Assembly (NCBI GenBank): GCA_013239625.1
Contig: MU054391.1
Span: 374,001-438,000, forward strand
Source of the DNA: Lama guanicoe
Lineage: Eukaryota
DNA length: 64,000 nucleotides
Reading direction: 5' to 3'
Shown: positions 61,185 to 64,000 of the stretch, in pieces
Layout: every line of letters starts with the position of its first letter
How positions within the stretch are numbered: the first letter of the stretch is position 1
Notes under the pieces: model-generated
Told to the model about the DNA's origin: nothing
The model's input: only the letters and a program-made list of their open reading frames with translations
The model's database searches: none
Translations under genes and position numbers: made by a program

Positions 61185-61993
61185 CCAGGACCTCCCAGCC
61201 AATCTTCTCCCCAGGCTCTAGGCTTTGTTTTGGAGAGAGGAACCAAAGTAACCTCCTTACCCTTTGAACAAGAGAAAATCTCACGTGGAATCAGGTTTCT
61301 GTTTTAATGGTTGTGAAGGTGCCTGTCTTATTGGTGAGTTGGCCTGGGCTCAGTAACAGATAATGTGAATTAGAATGATGAGAGCTTTCCGCAGAGAGGC
61401 TGGCATTTGGCGAATGCTGTGACTGAGACCCCCAGGGTTAGTTAAAAGGAAGGAGACAAAATAAATGCAGAGGGTGATGCCTGGACGGCTCAGGCTCAGG
61501 GAGAAGAAATCCACTTGCCAGGTGGTACCTGGTGCTGAGATCTATTTAAAAAGCCCGCAGATCCTTGAAGACGATCAGTAATTCTGTGGAAGATTCAGGG
61601 AAGACTGCTTCATTAGCAAGTGGGGCTTTTTCCTTCCTTAAATAGAGGATTCGTTCCTTTAGTAGAGAAGACAAAATGTAGCACTGTTCTAATTAAAGCA
61701 CCGACTGTGTTGTTTAAAGAAAATGTCCTTGGCATTCCTGAAACATAAATCACGTTAGAAAAGCCAATAAATGCTTCGCATTTTCCAAGTGAATAACTGA
61801 GGGCTAAATTTTACAGAATATTCCTCAAATACAATAGCTTTTCTCTCACTAATAGCATTCAATTAAAATTGAAATATTGCTTTGTATTACCTTATGATGT
61901 ATTATGTTATTTTATATTATATTATGTATTATATATAATTATATGTATCTTTAACAAATCATTTTTCTGACACAAATTTTTGAAATGTTGATT

Positions 61994-62726
61994 TTTTTAA
62001 ATTAAAGTGTAGTCAATTTATAGTGTGTCAATTTCTGGTGTACAGCACACTTCCAGTCATATGTGTACATTCATATATTCGTTTCCATAGTCTTTTTCAT
62101 TACGCGATAGTATAAGATATTGAATATAGTTCCCTGTGCTGTACAGAAAGACCTTGTTGTTTATCTTTGTTATATATAGTAGTTAATATTTGCAAATCTT
62201 GAACTCCTAAATTTATCCCTTCCCACCCTGCTTCCCCTGGTAACCATAAGTTTGTTTACTATGTCTGGAGTCTGTCTCTGTTTTATAGATAAGTTCATTA
62301 GTGTCTTCTTTTTTCTTCTTTAAGATTCCACATGTGAGTGATATTACATGGTATTTTTCTTTCTCTTTCTGGCTCACTTCACTTAGAATGATGATCTCCA
62401 GGCCCATCCATGTTGCTGCAAATGGCATTATTTTATCATTTTTATGGCTGAGTAGTATTCCATTGTATAAATACCTCAACTTCTTTATCCAGTCATCTGA
62501 TGGACATTTAGGCTGTTTCCATGTCTTGGCTATTGGAAATAGTGCTGCTATGAACATTGCGGCGCATGTGTCTTTTTGAATTAGAGTTCCCTCCAGATAC
62601 ATGCCCAGGAGTGGGACTGCTGGATCATAGGATATGTCTATTTTTAGCTTTCTGAGGACTCGCTATACTTTTCTCCCTAGTGGCTGCACCAAACTGCGTT
62701 CCCACCAGCAGTGTAGGTGGGTTCCC
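61994..62726 (-). mobile_element. 5'-truncated LINE-1 (ORF2 C-terminus plus 3' UTR, camelid-type) with a perfect 15-bp TSD
   Basis: ORF 62213-62602 reads KDTCAAMFIAALFPIAKTWKQPKCPS.DDWIKK (ORF2p C-terminus); TSD tttgaaatgttgatt at 61979-61993 and 62727-62741. Confidence 0.95.
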
Positions 62727-63019
62727 TTTGAAATGTTGATTATTTACTTAAAACTGCACCAGATGCTTCAGAAAGTGCACAAGCTGTAGAAAACACGGTC
62801 TCTGTCTCCTGGGAGAGTACACCCGCCCGGCCGGGAAGGCGTGTCTGAGTGGGGACAGTGCTGTGGGCAGAGCACGGGTGGACACTCAGTACGAAGGGCC
62901 TGGGTGTACTACGGGAGCCCGGAGGAGACGGGCTTTGAAGCTGCAGGTCCTGTGCAGACGGCCTGAGGAAGGGCAGCGAGGCTGGATTCAGGTGTGTGTT
63001 GGTGGACGCACCCATGTCC

Positions 63020-63280
63020 CAACCCCGGAACCGGTGACTACATTACTGTACACAGCACAGCAGTGTTTGCTGCTGTGATTGAAGGATCTTGAGTTGGGGA
63101 GACCATCCTGGATCTCGGGGTCCTGCAGGGGGGAGGACGGGAGGGCCAGAGTCAGAGGAGGAGACGTGCGGAAGGAGGGAGGTGGGGAGGACTGGGGGTG
63201 AAGCAGTCGGGGATGCAGCCACCTCCCGACAATGACCCCCAGGTGGAGCAGGCCCTCCTGACGCTGGATGTCAGGGCTCC
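63020..63280 (+). mobile_element. MLT1-type LTR fragment
   Basis: gtgattgaaggatcttgagttggggagaccatcctggat..agagtcagaggaggagacgtg. Confidence 0.65.
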
Positions 63281-63289
63281 TGTGCAGGC

Positions 63290-64000
63290 AGAAGAAATTG
63301 TGTGGTTTTATCAGTTTTGACAAGTATAATCATGGAGTCGCCACGGTGATCAAGACACTCCCCATATCCTCCTCTCCTTTGCAGTTAGTCCCCCCGGCCA
63401 CTTCCCAGCCCCGGGACCGGGTTCTGTCCTGCCAGAGGTCCTGTGCGTGGGTCTCGCAGCGAGTGGCTTTCCGGCCCCGGTCAGTCTACCCCAGGTCTCA
63501 TCAGCCTCGCCTGGGAGCTCGCATGTATCGGGTTCATTGTTCATCACCTGGCATGTCCCCTCGAAGGAATGTGTCTCACCAGCTGACGGACGTGCAGTTG
63601 CCTCCAGGTTGGAGCAGCTGTGAACACATAATAACATAACAGAGCAGCTGCGGGTGTTCAGAGACAGGGTTTCTGTACTCGCACACTTCCCTTGGTCTTG
63701 AGCAAACTCGTAGGAGCCTGATGGCTGGTCTCACATTCCGTGCACCTGTAACTTCACAAGGGAAACTCCAGGTCGTTTTCCACAGGGCTGTGCTCCTTGG
63801 TCCCCAGCGACGCATGGATGCCGGTCCTGTTGCTGTGTCCTGGCCCTGGTACCCGTACCCCGCACCTGTACGCCCAGTCCCCCAGGTGTACGTGCGGCTG
63901 CAGCTGCGGGTTTCGTCCTGGCCCCGGGTGAACGGTGGCTTCAGACAGCTTTTCAGTGTACATTTTCCACATGGGCAACTTCCTTCATGAGGCACGTTCG
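63290..64000 (-). mobile_element. Old LINE-1 3' end, strongly GC-shifted
   Basis: agttttgacaagt, cagttgcctccaggttggagc and taacttcacaagggaaactccaggtcgttttccaca are colinear with an antisense L1 3' region. Confidence 0.65.

Larger units (their letters stand above)
44140..64000 (+). other. SNTG2: SNTG2 intron 1 (continues beyond the window)
   Basis: Starts with GTGAGT; no sequence encoding the exon-2 peptide (TKTTIALLYDEE-like) found downstream, consistent with a very long first intron. Confidence 0.75.

Noticed and set aside
1..64000. Prokaryotic operon, defence system, or intact viral/retroelement system
   Set aside because: No gene-dense ORFs and no intact RT, integrase or transposase seen; content is typical mammalian intergenic and intronic DNA.

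Overview
Mammalian genomic DNA, not microbial. It is GC- and CpG-rich, repeat-dense and has three N gaps (6200-6351, 13492-13578, 22258-22327). The tRNA-derived SINEs and the L1 3' ends resemble camelid (camel/alpaca) families; the species call is inference. The only recognisable gene is the 5' end of SNTG2 (gamma-2-syntrophin) on the + strand: CpG-island promoter at ~43.4-44.2 kb, coding exon 1 at 44090-44139, then intron 1 to the end of the window. In this assembly exon 1 is 22 nt shorter than the human exon as I recall it, which frameshifts the ATG. Upstream (~1.8-18.6 kb, minus strand) is a chain of exon-like blocks, including a ~225-codon reading frame split by an L1 insertion. This is a candidate fossil gene or lncRNA that I cannot name. 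Old transposons show strong AT-to-GC drift. There is also a telomere-like G-rich array and a quasi-palindromic 25-bp minisatellite. Repeat subfamily names come from recalled consensus sequences, not from a database search.
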